From positions 15,314,001 through 15,378,000 of the forward strand of contig NC_092674.1 of assembly GCF_964355755.1 (NCBI RefSeq): a stretch of DNA of 64,000 nt, in the 5' to 3' direction. Of the stretch, positions 49,403 through 61,653 are shown piece by piece; the first letter of the stretch is position 1, and every line of letters starts with the position of its first letter. Position numbers and translations under genes: made by a program. The stretch is from Antedon mediterranea (taxonomy: Eukaryota; Animalia; Echinodermata). The notes below the pieces were generated by a model. That model was not told the DNA's origin, ran no database searches, and was given only the letters and a program-made list of their open reading frames with translations.

Positions 49403-50450
49403 GGGCCTGTTTCTGCTGAGCAGAAGTAATCGATTTTTAACCGATTATTTTTTTAATCGATTATTTTTGGGCAGCAGAAACGGCGCAAAATGAAATAACC
49501 GATTACAAAATAATCGGTTAAAAAACTCAATACATTGCATGTTTTAACCGATTATTTCTTGTTTTAACCGATTATTGCGGAGCAGTTTTGAGCTGCAACA
49601 CAAATAGCAATTATTGACCACACTTTGACCACTAGAGTATGGCAACACTCACTCACAAAGCATGCTGTTTAGATCAGCAAAATAATGATGTGGACCGACT
49701 ATGCTCAGGCTAACCATTTGCGTTTTCGCAAACTGACAACTCCAATCGCAATAAAAAAAATTATATCATTCGCAAACTTGCAAAAATAATTTTTCCTTAA
49801 AAACTCAAATTTTGTCCACTTAGACTTCAAATATTAAAGTTTTATGTAAACCAAAACGATGTTGGCGATAATAAGTGACAGCGATGTAGCGTTACTTGCC
49901 ATCAACAAAATTTTGTTCGCGTTATCTGTAAATGTACACGCGCCCGACTAAGCAAAATTTATTTTATGAATAGACATGCGCAGTAATTGTAATTACGAAC
50001 AAACAAACTGCGCATGTGTATAGATGAAAATATTGCGCAATAACAAACATGCTGCATGGACATTCCGACGTCGTAGTTCGTTTGTGGTGTGTTACACGAA
50101 GTTTTTGCGAGTGAATAAGAAGCATATAAAACACAACGAAAACTATTTATTATTTTATATTGTTTGTGATAAAAAACTCTATCCAGTCAGGCTGCATATA
50201 CTGATAATTGATAGTGGCCTGATGTCGATCATACAGAACTCGGCTGTGGCATAGGCTATGGCCGTGGCGACTGTTATAGCGTCGGGCCAGTGAGGCTGCA
50301 ATAGATAGGCCTGACATATTTTAATACGGCCATGTTTTATTTGTATTTTAATCACAAATTTTGAATGAATAAAGATAAAATCAATACAAGACATCAACCT
50401 ATATATTTATTTGATGTATCTACCAACAAATTTAGCCATTTTCATGGTTT
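49403..50450. mobile_element. Transposon fragments: Harbinger-like left end plus a repeat shared with 63375-63550
   Basis: taa|gggcctgtttctgctg with aaccgatta repeats; 50260-50445 is the reverse complement of 63375-63550 (taggcctatc..gcagcctcac; ttcattcaaaatttgtgattaaaatacaaat). Confidence 0.5.
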
Positions 50451-51766
50451 GTAAAATATGTTTTTACAACATACCAATTTACTGGGTGCCGGTCAAGTTG
50501 GCCCTAAGACATTTGAATGTGAAGAAATATTTTTATTTACAGTTTATAAATAAATATATTTTTATAACCTCATGGTAAATAACAATTAGAATCATTCCTT
50601 ACTTTTTTCCTGAATGAATGGTAGAAAGTGTGAAAATACATTTAATGATTTCAAAGTATTACAAAATAAGGCCATAAAATAAATTATGATTAGGATTGGG
50701 TGATGTTTTGAATAAAAAGGTGAATTTAATAAAGCATTATTGTAAAATGCCACTGTTGCAGTGTCATGGTCACAGCAAGGACAGAGCAATGATGATTTTA
50801 TAGGGCCGAACAGAGTATTATAAAACACTAGTGCTACTAAACATCATGTGAAGAATACAAAGAACAAAAGGAAATGATTTGCTAGGATTATGATTTAAGT
50901 AAGTTGATATTGTTATTACATTATATTTATAATACAAAAAGAATTTTAGCATGAAATCTTATCTGTGATGTGCATAATACCGTATCAGTAAAACTTTTAA
51001 TCACGTCAACACCATAATCGAAAAAGAATGTTTACCGCCAACCAAATTTGTCAACATTACAAAATATAGTAACTACAACTAAACCAGTGTGAAAGATGGG
51101 GTTATTTTCGCCAAACTGTAAACCAGAAACTTTCGCAACATGAATCGGTTACATCGACCATTTTCATGACATAAGACAAATTTGAAAAATAAAGTACAAG
51201 TAAATACAATAACAAGATCGCGTATGCACAACCTTTGTGTTGTAAAGACGCTAATACATTAGCTATTGTATACAATAGTAGCCTACTGTACGTTCTAAAA
51301 ATTATTCGTGACATGAAACTTTCATGAATTTCAATAACTCACGTCACTCGCAAAATTTGTGATACAGTAGTTAAATGCATGCTAAAAAGTGTCTGGTTTA
51401 AATAATGGAGTATAGAAATAATTTTCTCCAAGATATATTATTAGGCAAGCTCAGATTTGCAATGGTATGTAGTACTGTAGCAGCAGGAGCCCTTCTGAGA
51501 GCATCTTGTAGATGTAAATTCATTCTATGCAAATCCCCCTGAAGGTATACTATTCATGTTCAATTAACACCATGTCTCAAAAAATATAAACGAAAGTTCC
51601 TTAATCTAAATTGAATATTCCATTGTTAAAGAAATAAATTAAATATTGTTCACAAAAATGCACATTTTAAAGTTAAATTTACCTAGGTTTGCATGCAAAT
51701 GTCTCATTAAAAATACCATGGGTTAATTTGATTACAATATACTAGTTACTACTATACCAACAACAG

Positions 51767-53303
51767 ACTAAATTTGAACTCGTCACTTTGACGAGTTAGT
51801 TATCCGCACAACAAACGCCACGCGCACGTCATATGTTGGAATTTTGCACACGGAAAAAGATTATGGCATTATGACCTGAACTGAAGAATATCATATGTTG
51901 TTAGTGCTGAATTCTGTCAATTTATTTTGTGTCATATAGTATACAGTATAAACAGTATAATCTGTATACATATTACATACAGTGTAGAATAGGTGAAATT
52001 ACGGGACCCGCCACTTATTCCAATTTTTAACATGGCGACGGTATCAAAATGAAACACTAAGGTAGCAATTTCCGAAGGACATTATCTCAGCAACAACATA
52101 TTAACGTGTAGAAGAAATTTGAATACGTAATGCGCGCTCTTTTAAATGTGATGAACTATGACGCAAAATATGAAAATACGACTTCTTATATTCAACTGGC
52201 CATAAGATGACGTCAAAATATCTGATTGGCAAAATGTTCACATGAATTCGTATCTACAATCCAATAGCTTCCAGAAAACGTTTTAAACATGATTATCACT
52301 TTTTATTCTGACGAGCTATAACAGATTGAAATTTACTGTAAAGATGAAAATAAGTGACCCACGTTATTTACATTTTTAGACATGATGACGTCATAAAAAT
52401 TAAAATATTTTTAACTCATGTGAAAGATAGTTCATTGACCTAGAAAATATCAAAATCGGGGTGGAAATAGAAAACAGATAAGTGGAGACGCGCTTAATTA
52501 AATGTGATTCGCTATGACGAAAGATACAAAAATCCTATATTTTATATTCGCGTGGCCATACGATGATGTCACAATGTCCGGTTAGCCATATTAATGCATG
52601 ATCCGATATCTACAACTCATCAACTTCCAGAATATGTAATAAAAATAATTGTTACCGTTTAGAAACTACGACTGTTTAAAAAAAGGTATAATTTTGACAA
52701 ATGTTTTAACTTAAAAAACGCACGTAAATTATCCAATTCAACGTGCCCGTATGACGTAATTTTAAGTCAAAATTGTTAAAAATTTGGTAAAATTACTAGA
52801 AAAGGCTGGAAAAACAGAAATCACGCGGAAAAAATTGCTTTCAATGGTACGTGCGCACGTTCTAAAGATATGTGAGCCCGTGGGAATTTTTTACATGCCT
52901 AAAACGCATAGAAAGTTGATTAGAAATTTATTTTTCGCATTTCGAAACTTTAAACGCGCGTAACTTCGTGTGAAACATGCCATTTTTTTTCCACAGTCAC
53001 CGCAAGATATAAATTAAACTTTTGCTAAGTTTCAATTTAAATTGTTATATGGTTTTCGGTTTATGTTAAATACGCGAAATTCGTTAAAACGCGCGTAAGT
53101 CATGTTGCGCAACTCTGACGTCATTCAAAAACAGGAAAGCACAACTTCACATGAATGCCCAGATGTTGACAAAGTTATGAAATGTTAACTTTACACGTTT
53201 TTGAGATACGCTCTGCACAAAAATGACAGAAAGAAGAATACAGAAAAAAAAAAGATGATGAAACAGGACAGTTACAAGGAGTTATCCGCTCATGCGGATA
53301 ACT
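51767..53303. mobile_element. Helentron-associated (HINE/DINE-like) non-autonomous element
   Basis: Left hairpin aactcgtca-ctt-tgacgagtt then agttatccgc; right end agttatccgc-tcat-gcggataact after an A-rich tract. Confidence 0.7.
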
Positions 53304-54782
53304 AAGAAACTGATATTATTACTTTTTTGTTGGTTATAAAAATGTTGTGTTAAGATTGAACATATAGGCATATTACAACATGTGTAAAGAAAATGGCCAT
53401 AGTATTCAGCCTCCCTCGACCAGAATTTGGAGTGAAAAAAATATTTGCTGCACGATGTGGGAACAGTTTTGATAGAGTATCTCGTTTCATATCATGTGAC
53501 ACTAGGTACTGTACACTATCTTCATCAAGTTAAAAAATTCTAGGTCTACACAATCAACCAGGGCTGAAAATTAACCTTTAAACCATACTGGCCATGGGGA
53601 TCGTATTATTCTACAGTGAAAATATCAAGCCAATTTTTTTTTATGGCCTGGGTAGATTGGGTTTCAGGACCGTTTTAGGAGCCTGGAGAATCCTGGCCAA
53701 CTAGCTAGGCCTAGGCTATGCCTTTAGCTTTTCTAATGAATCAGGGTTCTCGCCACGGTGGTCGGCCCCGTCTACCACTCGGAATTTCCCACCACCACTT
53801 TCATGGCGCCGATCACCACTGAATAATGTAGCCTATTGTTATTATAATTATCTACTCGTCGATCGTAGGATTGATAAACACCATTGTCATCGCCTTTAAA
53901 AAAAGCATAGACATTGCAAATTAACAATGTAATGTTCAGTATTAAAATCGGCAACGCCTTAAAATCCTACCTAGGCTAGGAGACGACACATTTTATAGCC
54001 ACCCTATGCACTGACTGGTTAGCCTAATTTAGCCGGACGAGACGACATCGTTGGGGGTCATTCCATGTCAAATCACCCAATGGGTTAAACCCTACTTTCT
54101 TCAAATTTGGTTTTTGGGTTATTTGCAGCTAAAAAACCTGAAATTTTTAATTTGAGCGCCATACGACCATACGATTTTGTTGTGACAGGTATCTTTGGAA
54201 AGCTAATTGTTAAAGTTATCCAAATCTTCTATTTACTTTTGAGATAGAACTATTTAAAAGATGTATAACTTATTCTATTCCATTTGACCTAGGATTTGAC
54301 CTTGTGGGACGAATTTTTTTTAGATGAAATTTTGTGAAAATTATCTCCTACATGATATTTACATAATATAAAAAAATTGAAGATATATTATTTTTTGTTT
54401 GCTTTCTAGCTCATTTCAAAGTTGGCTTACTTCAACAATTCTGGTATTTCTATACAGTGTAGATGTATTGTCGACATTTTATAACTACCAAATTTACCTC
54501 TTAATACTGTCAGATTATTTAAGACTATAACAATGCTTTAATTATATATTTTCGTGCTCCATACAATCAATTTAACTCAATATAACCGCATGATTTATAG
54601 GGCTATAATTACGTAAAATTTTAGTAACGTTTTAAAATTGCATAAAATGGCAGCTCGACGGCATGGACCGGGGCAAGTGGTATTTTTATTCAATGAGTAC
54701 TACTACTTGCCCCAACCAATGTATCGCCACCCCGGTCCATGCCGTTTATAACGTAATTATAGACTTATAAATCATGAGGTTA

Positions 54783-55634
54783 CCGTATATTTCAGTGTAT
54801 AAGTCGCACTTTTGACACGCAAATTTGACCTCTAAATTAAGGGTGCGTTTTATACACCGAACATTATGCCTCACACCACACAGATTGTAGCCTACATATC
54901 GTCACCTCGTTGGCTAGGCCTAGCCTATAGGCTAGCTACAGTGTACTAACGTAACGGCAACCTGCTTCTGCCTAGTTTTCAAGGCATTTTAGCGTGATGT
55001 TATACTAAATATGATGAAAAGATTTGTTCATTATGGAGATGTTTTAGGCGCTCCGATAAAATTTCATTTGTAAACGTTTACGATTGGAATAGGCCTAGGC
55101 CTAGTATTTATTTATAGTTATACGCACGATTGCCGACCGCCGTACCCCCCAGCGCAAGCCCTTCTTGGGCGGCCACATGGTGTACGGCATTCGACTAGTA
55201 TATTCTCCAGTTGAATATAGCATGGCGTAGCGTATACACTTCTCGGATACATAGATACTAATCGAATACGATTGTCCATGAAAACGTGCGCCCTCTTGAA
55301 ATGATCGAGCGCGGCTAGCCCACACACGCGTACGTGTTACACACACGGTCATGCACTCGATGTTGCGGCGAAACTCATGAATAACAAGTTAGAAAGAACT
55401 TGTTGAGGCTGGGCGCGGCCGAGCCTAGGTAAGAAAAACCCTAAATAAAGGACTCTGTTGTAGATATAACAATATATTATTACAATAATATTGATTACAA
55501 TTTAAAAAAAACATTGTTTTGATGAAATATAAAGTGCGTCTTATACATCGACGATATAAAAAATACCGATATTTTACTCTCAGTTAGGGGGTGTGTCTTA
55601 TACACAGGTGCGACTTATACACCGAAATATACGG
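54783..55634. mobile_element. Tc1/mariner-superfamily (pogo/Tc2-type) MITE
   Basis: TA|ccgtatatttcagtgtataagtcgcac .. gtgcgacttatacaccgaaatatacgg|TA. Confidence 0.88.
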
Positions 55635-56026
55635 TATATTGCATTTTTTATAAAAACGTAAAATTGTAGTAACGTTTTAAAATTGCATAAAATGGCAGCT
55701 AGACGGCATGGACCGGGGCAAGTGGTATTTTTCTGAAATGAGTGGACCCTACTTGCCCCAACCCATGTATCATTACCCCGGTCCATGCCGTTTATAATGT
55801 AATTATAGCCCTATATATCATGCGTTTATACTGCATTTTTTATTTTAAAAAAAATTAAATTGTAGTAACGTTTTAAAATTGCATAAAATGGCAGCTAGAC
55901 GGCATGGGCCGGGGCAAGTGGTATTTTTATGCAATGACTACTACTACTTGCCCCAACCAATGTATCTTCACCCCGGTCCATGCCGTTTATAACATAATTA
56001 TAGCCTTATAAATCATGTGGTTATAT

Positions 56027-56708
56027 GGGTATTGCGAAACCCCGCAAACCTACAAAAAACATAGCAAACCCCACCGAACCAACATAAAAGTGATTGAATC
56101 ATGTAGTGTACAACCCACTGGGTATATCAATGTAAAAAAAAAATTAAATTTCTACTGTTAAAGTGTTAACAACTTATTTTTGGGGTAAAACCCGGTAAAC
56201 CTCCAAAAAACCGTAGCAAACCCCACCGAACCAACATAAAAGTGATTGAATAATGTAGTGTACGACCCACTGGGTATATAAATTATTAAATTTCTACTGT
56301 TAACTACTTTTTTGGGGATAAAACATCATTTTTTGGTTAAAAATTAGCAATCATTTTTGACCAAAAAATGATGCTTTACCCCAGTAGTTAACAGTAGAAA
56401 TTTAATATTTTTTTTACATGGATATACCCAGTGGGTTGTACACTACATGATTCAATCACTTTTATGTTGGTTCGGTAGGGTTTGCTATATTTTTTTGGAG
56501 GTTTGCAGGGTTTAGCAATCATTTTTGACCAAAAAATGATGTTTTACCCCAAAAATAAGTAGTTAACAGTAAAAATGTAATATTTTTTTTACATGGATAT
56601 ACCCAGTGGGTTGTACACTACATGATTCAATCACTTTTATGTTGGTTCGATGGGGTTTGCTATGTTTTTTTAGAGGTTTGCGGGGGTTTGCGGTTTTTAG
56701 TAATACCC
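56027..56708. mobile_element. Foldback MITE with 8-bp TSD
   Basis: ggttatat|gggtatt .. aataccc|ggttatat; the body is two direct copies of gcaaaccccaccgaaccaacataaaagtgattgaat..cccactgggtatat facing two inverted copies. Confidence 0.85.
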
Positions 56709-57426
56709 GGTTATATTGCATTTTTTACAAAAACGTAAAATTGTAGTAACGTTTTAAAATTGCATAAAATGGCAGCTAGACGGCATGGACCGGGGCAAGT
56801 GGTATTTTTATGCAATGACTGGACTCTACTTGCCCCAACCAATGTATCGTCACCCCGGTCCATGCCGTTTATAACATAATTATAGCCCTATAAATTTATG
56901 TGGTTATATTGCATTTTTTATAAAAACGTTAAAATTGTAGTAATGTTTTAAAATTGCATAAAATAGCAGCTATACGGCAAGGACCGGGGCAAGTGGTATT
57001 TTTCTGAAATGACTGGACCCTACTTGCCACACCCCACGTATCGTAACCCTGGTCCATGCCGTTTATAACGTAATTATAGCAGCCAAATTATGAGTGAAGA
57101 AATAAGTGAACAAAATACAAATGAACAAAAATGTAAAATAATGATGAACAGCAAAGAACAATCAATGTTTTCAAAGTTATCATCAAACAAAAAAAATTAT
57201 TCAATTTGCTTGAAAGTGTGAAAAGAGTGCCATAAACTGATGGTACATCCTTGGCTATCTAATAGTGTACAGATGTTTACCCAAGTAATAATTATTTTGT
57301 ATGGAGCATGAAAATATAATTAAAGCATTGTTATAGTCTTAAATAATCTGACAGTGACACCCATAGTGTTGATATAAAGTTTGCGGTACACCATGTGTAT
57401 TAGTTTTGAAAAGAACTGTTGAGTTT

Positions 57427-57466
57427 CTCGACGTTTCAATCAATATACTTTGATCGTCCTCAGGAG
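57427..57466 (-). ncRNA. Minimal type-I hammerhead ribozyme motif, canonical core
   Basis: Minus strand: ctc-CTGAGGA-c-gatcaa(agtata)ttgatt-GAAACGTC-gag. Confidence 0.65.
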
Positions 57467-57476
57467 TGAGCGCTCA

Positions 57477-57516
57477 CTCTTGAGGACGATCAAAGTATAT
57501 TGATCGAAACGTCGAG
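57477..57516 (+). ncRNA. Minimal type-I hammerhead ribozyme motif, C3U variant core
   Basis: ctc-TTGAGGA-c-gatcaa(agtata)ttgatc-GAAACGTC-gag; predicted cleavage after GTC at 57513. Confidence 0.55.
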
Positions 57517-58807
57517 AAACTCAACAGTTCTTTTCAGAACTACTGTAATACACGTGGTGTACCGCAAACTTTATATCAACATTTGATTTCGCCATGCAAA
57601 CCTTCAAACAATATATGACACCCATAGTATTAAGAGGTAAATTTAGTAGTAATGCCGACAATATTCATATTCATACACTGTATAGAAATACCAGAATTGT
57701 TGAAGTAAGCCAACTTTGAAATGAGCTAGAAAGCAAACAAAAAATAATATATCTCCAATTTTTTTATATTATGTAAATATCATGTAGGAGATAATTTTCA
57801 CAAAATTTCATCTAAAAAAAATTTGTCCCACAAGGTCAAATCCTAGGTCAAATGGAATATAATAAGTTATACATCTTTTAAATAGTTCTATCTCAAAAGT
57901 AAATGGAATATTTGGATAGCTTTAACAATTAGCTTTCCAAAGATACCTGTCACAACAAAATCGGTCCACACATTACGGAGATACAGTCATTTAAATATAG
58001 CCTGCCGCAAAATCGCGAAGAAACGATGGCGCGTAGCGCGCGAACCGTTGAGTTGTATGGTGCTCAAATTAAAAATTTCGGGTTTTTTGGCTAAAAATAA
58101 CCCAAAAACCAAATTTGAGCAAATTTGAAGATCAAGTAGGGTTTAAAATGTCATTTTTTTTGGGTGATTTGGTATGGAATGACCCTTGGCCGAATCGACA
58201 TCGGAGTCGAGTCAAGTTTCAGCGGCCTCTTTAGGCTTATGCTATTAATTTAATCCTACCTTGGCTTAGCGGATTATAAATACACCAACGTCAACATAAA
58301 AAAATACATGCAAAATCAATATATTCCATGTTTAATATAGACCTAGGCTTATTCAATTATTACGACATTGTCACTGCGTGTAAAGAAAATGGCCCTAGCC
58401 TAGGTACAGTACCAGCGAGAATTACTGCCCAATTCGGACGCGGCAGACGCGGCATGAATACGTCCATGACGCGTCCACTTCGCGTCCATTATATCGACGC
58501 GTCTGACGTGATTTGACCTTAGACCAACGTCCTTTGTGTTTGAGCTAACCGGGAGCTAACCACGCCGGTGTTAACGTAAACAAAAGCTCCGCATTGTTAC
58601 TGTACTACAGTTATATTCTGTACGATGTTTTCTCAACCCGTGAAAACCTGTATTAAACGAAATGTATTTTATACTACAGTAGTTAATAACATGCAAAAAA
58701 AAACCTCTAAAAAACGAATTAATGAATAAGTGCGTATAGATACCAGTTCATTAGTACTACAGCTTACTATATGGGCAAGAAAGACTGATTTTTTGTGAGT
58801 AAAATTA

Positions 58808-59222
58808 TTATCGGATGTCAAAAAACTTCTTTGGCACGCCGCCTAAAAAGAAACCGCTGAACGAGACTTGCAGGAAATGCAGTGCTGAAACCACGTGTGC
58901 CTGCCATGCAGTAAAACCACGTGATAGCATATTTACCAAACTCGAACGTTCGGCGACTAGACCCGAGTGTGTGAAAATATGTTGCTTTCGCTGTCCGAGC
59001 GAAGCAATGAATTGTGAGTATCGAATGTCAAAAAACTTCTTTGGCACGCCGCCTAAAAAGAAACTGCCGAACGGGACTTGCGGGAAATGTAGTGCTGAAA
59101 CCACGTGTGCCTGCCATGCATGCAGTAAAACCACGTGATAGCATATTTACCTAACTCGACCGTTCGGCGACCCGAGTGTGTGAAAAATAGTTTGCTTTCG
59201 CTGTCCGAGCGAAGCAATGAAT
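58808..59222. repeat. ~213-bp tandem duplication inside the TIR element
   Basis: atgtcaaaaaacttctttggcacgccgcctaaaaagaaac..gctgtccgagcgaagcaatgaatt x2. Confidence 0.92.
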
Positions 59223-59461
59223 TTTATATACTAATTAAAAAATCGACACATTGTAATGGACAAAAATGGTGCAGTACATGTAGTTTTGTAACACTATAAA
59301 TATCCTCAACCTATTTTTATTCATTATATTAAATTCTAGCACCCGCCCTTGGCTTTTTTGTTTTAAATCGCTTTTGTACCAAGCCTTAATGCCTTTGTGT
59401 TGTTCCGTGTCCTATTGTCTTTTTCTATTCAGTGTATCAAATTCTAACACCCGCCCTTGTT

Positions 59462-59589
59462 TTTTTGTACCAATTTTGGGGTCTAAGCATAGAGATATTA
59501 TAGTGACAATTTTGGGGTCTAAGCATAGAGATATTATAGTGAACTTCACTATAATATCTCTATGCTTAGACCCCAAAATTGGTACAAAA
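59462..59589. repeat. Hairpin with a duplicated left arm
   Basis: caattttggggtctaagcatagagatattatagtga x2, then its reverse complement. Confidence 0.9.
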
Positions 59590-61653
59590 TAACATTAACT
59601 AAAAAAATATTATTACAGTCATTATTACAATTATACAAACACTGTAATCTTAACATGATCAGAGAGGAACATCATTATAGCGTAAAAAAAATATTTCTTA
59701 ATATTTATAAGCAAAGCGTACACAGAATGCCTAGTGTTGTTTCAGCAGCGGTAGAACATGGTTGCAATATTGCTGGGATCCAATGGAGTAGAAAAATATC
59801 ACGTGCTCTTTGTTGCGCGCTATGACGACCATGGAGATATAAATTGACAGTGTACAGTACATACTGTAGGCTACATGATTTTGTTGAGCCTTCTTCCACA
59901 GTTTTAACTCATCATATGACATTTAAATATAACTTATTTCTCTATGATCATATCAATAATTCAACATGAAATAGAGGCCTCGTTATTAAAAAAATATTCT
60001 TCCATAAAATGATTCATATGAACAAAATATACTGTATCATGACGATGATTATTGATCGAGTACGCTAGGCCGATCTCAGGCGGTGGTGTACGTGCTAGAC
60101 AGTGAACCGGCCGGCTAGATCCCACGGCGGGCTAGCGATGGATATAGACACAGTTTCGCACGAAACTGGCTTTTTGGACGAATTATTCGGCAGATAAAAA
60201 TAAACACAACACACACAAGTCGTAGGCTAACTTTATTTATTTTTTAATCATATTGTTTGTGAATGTGAAAGTATTTTATAAACAAACACCAATACAGCCG
60301 ACCCTGCTCAACAGTCAGGCTTAGTTTTCCGATGTCATTTGAATATGAATACGGTCGCGAACAATAACAAAAACAGACTCAGGTAGCGAGGTCACGGCCC
60401 GCCCGACGAAAGTGCGTCCAAATCATTGGTTTAGTTTATGAATGGACGCGTCGTGGACGCAAATTGGACGGACACTCGACGCGTCCGTCGCGTCCAAAAA
60501 GGGGCAGTAATTCTCGCTGGTACTGTAGTATTCAGTAGTTACGCGGCGGCCCTCACAAGCAGGACCAGCATTTTGAGTGAAAAAAACATGTGCGATGTGT
60601 GGGTGGTTGGAACCGCTCAGTTAAATTTGGAGAGAGAGAGTATCGCGTTTCATGTCATGTGACACAAAATCTAGTTAGTTACACGATCTCCGTCGCCTTT
60701 CCAGGCGCGGCCTGCCATATGACCAAAAAAAGTCTAGGTCGACATTCTGATAGTTATGTTATGTTAACGATCTTTTGTTGTCGGCATTGTTTCTGGATCG
60801 ACTGGACGTTCGCTATTTTTAGAACTTGGCTTAGCCAGCATACTAGTTAATTGAGGTTCACAATGGAATGGAGTAATGTCCCATCGCGCCTCTACCGGGT
60901 AAATTTATATTCGCCGTCGAGTAGGCCTAGATAAAAAACACGCGCAAAGAAAACAATTACGATTAAAATAGTAGTAATATTTATAAATAATGCTACCTGA
61001 ATCCTAGTAATTTAAAATTGGTCCTCCGTCAGTCAAAATTTACTCATTATTATTTTTGCACACCTTGTTACCGCACAAAAAGAAAATCCGACCACCACCC
61101 ATGACAGAGATGCTAGTGAGAACCTTATACTAAAATAATTTTTTTTTTACAATGCAAATTGAATTAATATTTAGTATGTGTTAATTATAGCAATAGTTGG
61201 AAACAATAAAACCATGTCCTTTTATTGACCTTTATGTTTACAAATTTCACACCAAGGTTGAAGGTCGTTTTTACTTTCCCATTAGCCTTTAGGTAAGATA
61301 AAAAAGATTTAAAAATCTATTCAAAATCCATGTTGAAACCATCAGGTTGAAGATTGAATTAATGTTGTACTGTTTAAAGTTTCTGAAAAATAAAGTTTTG
61401 TTCCGAACAGAACATTTCTGAAAAGGCCCCAAATTGTTTTTTATTGTGTCGGCGACACCTCACGACCCCGAACTGATGAAAATGTTGTGAGCAAACAGTG
61501 ATTGTGAAATCAATTTCCAATTAATCTATATTAATTTACTTTCATATTTTACACAAACATTATATTTTATTAATGATGATCGTGTGCTAAAAAAAAAAGG
61601 TAATTTACTGCAAGTTTGTGCAAAAATATACCCTTTTTTAAAATTCTATCGAA

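Larger units (their letters stand above)
54610..57080. repeat. ~190-bp tandem unit x5 with internal hairpin, split by two MITEs
   Basis: gtaacgttttaaaattgcataaaatggcagctagacggcatggaccggggcaagt..acttgcccc..ccccggtccatgccgtttataac near 54625, 55668, 55865, 56746 and 56940. Confidence 0.92.
57368..57615. mobile_element. Penelope-like palindromic insert flanked by 13-bp direct repeats
   Basis: tgacacccatagt at 57355-57367 and 57616-57628; ~215-bp palindrome 57367-57581 centred on gagc|gctc; absent from the opposite TIR arm of the host. Confidence 0.8.
54055..58185. mobile_element. Sola2-like non-autonomous element with ~500-bp TIRs
   Basis: ttgg|gggtcattccat..caaatcacccaa .. ttgggtgatttggtatggaatgaccc|ttgg; arm 54055-54566 mirrors 57296-58185; GRG termini and 4-bp TSD. 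Confidence 0.82.
58407..60525. mobile_element. TA-flanked TIR element with CAGTAC termini and ggacgc/gcgtcc subterminal repeats
   Basis: TA|cagtaccagcgagaattactgccc .. gggcagtaattctcgctggtactg|TA; perfect 24-bp TIR. Confidence 0.9.
53742..61127. mobile_element. hAT-like shell, outermost element of the nest
   Basis: cagggttctcgcca .. tagtgagaacctta; the left end (cacggtggtcggccccg..cactc..atttcc) resembles the 7896 end of the 6807-7896 element; TSD not recognisable. Confidence 0.55.

Noticed and set aside
51420-51540. Possible minus-strand exon after ccttcag (GDLHRMNLHLQDALRR..)
   Set aside because: No resemblance to the UTX N-terminus and no convincing donor
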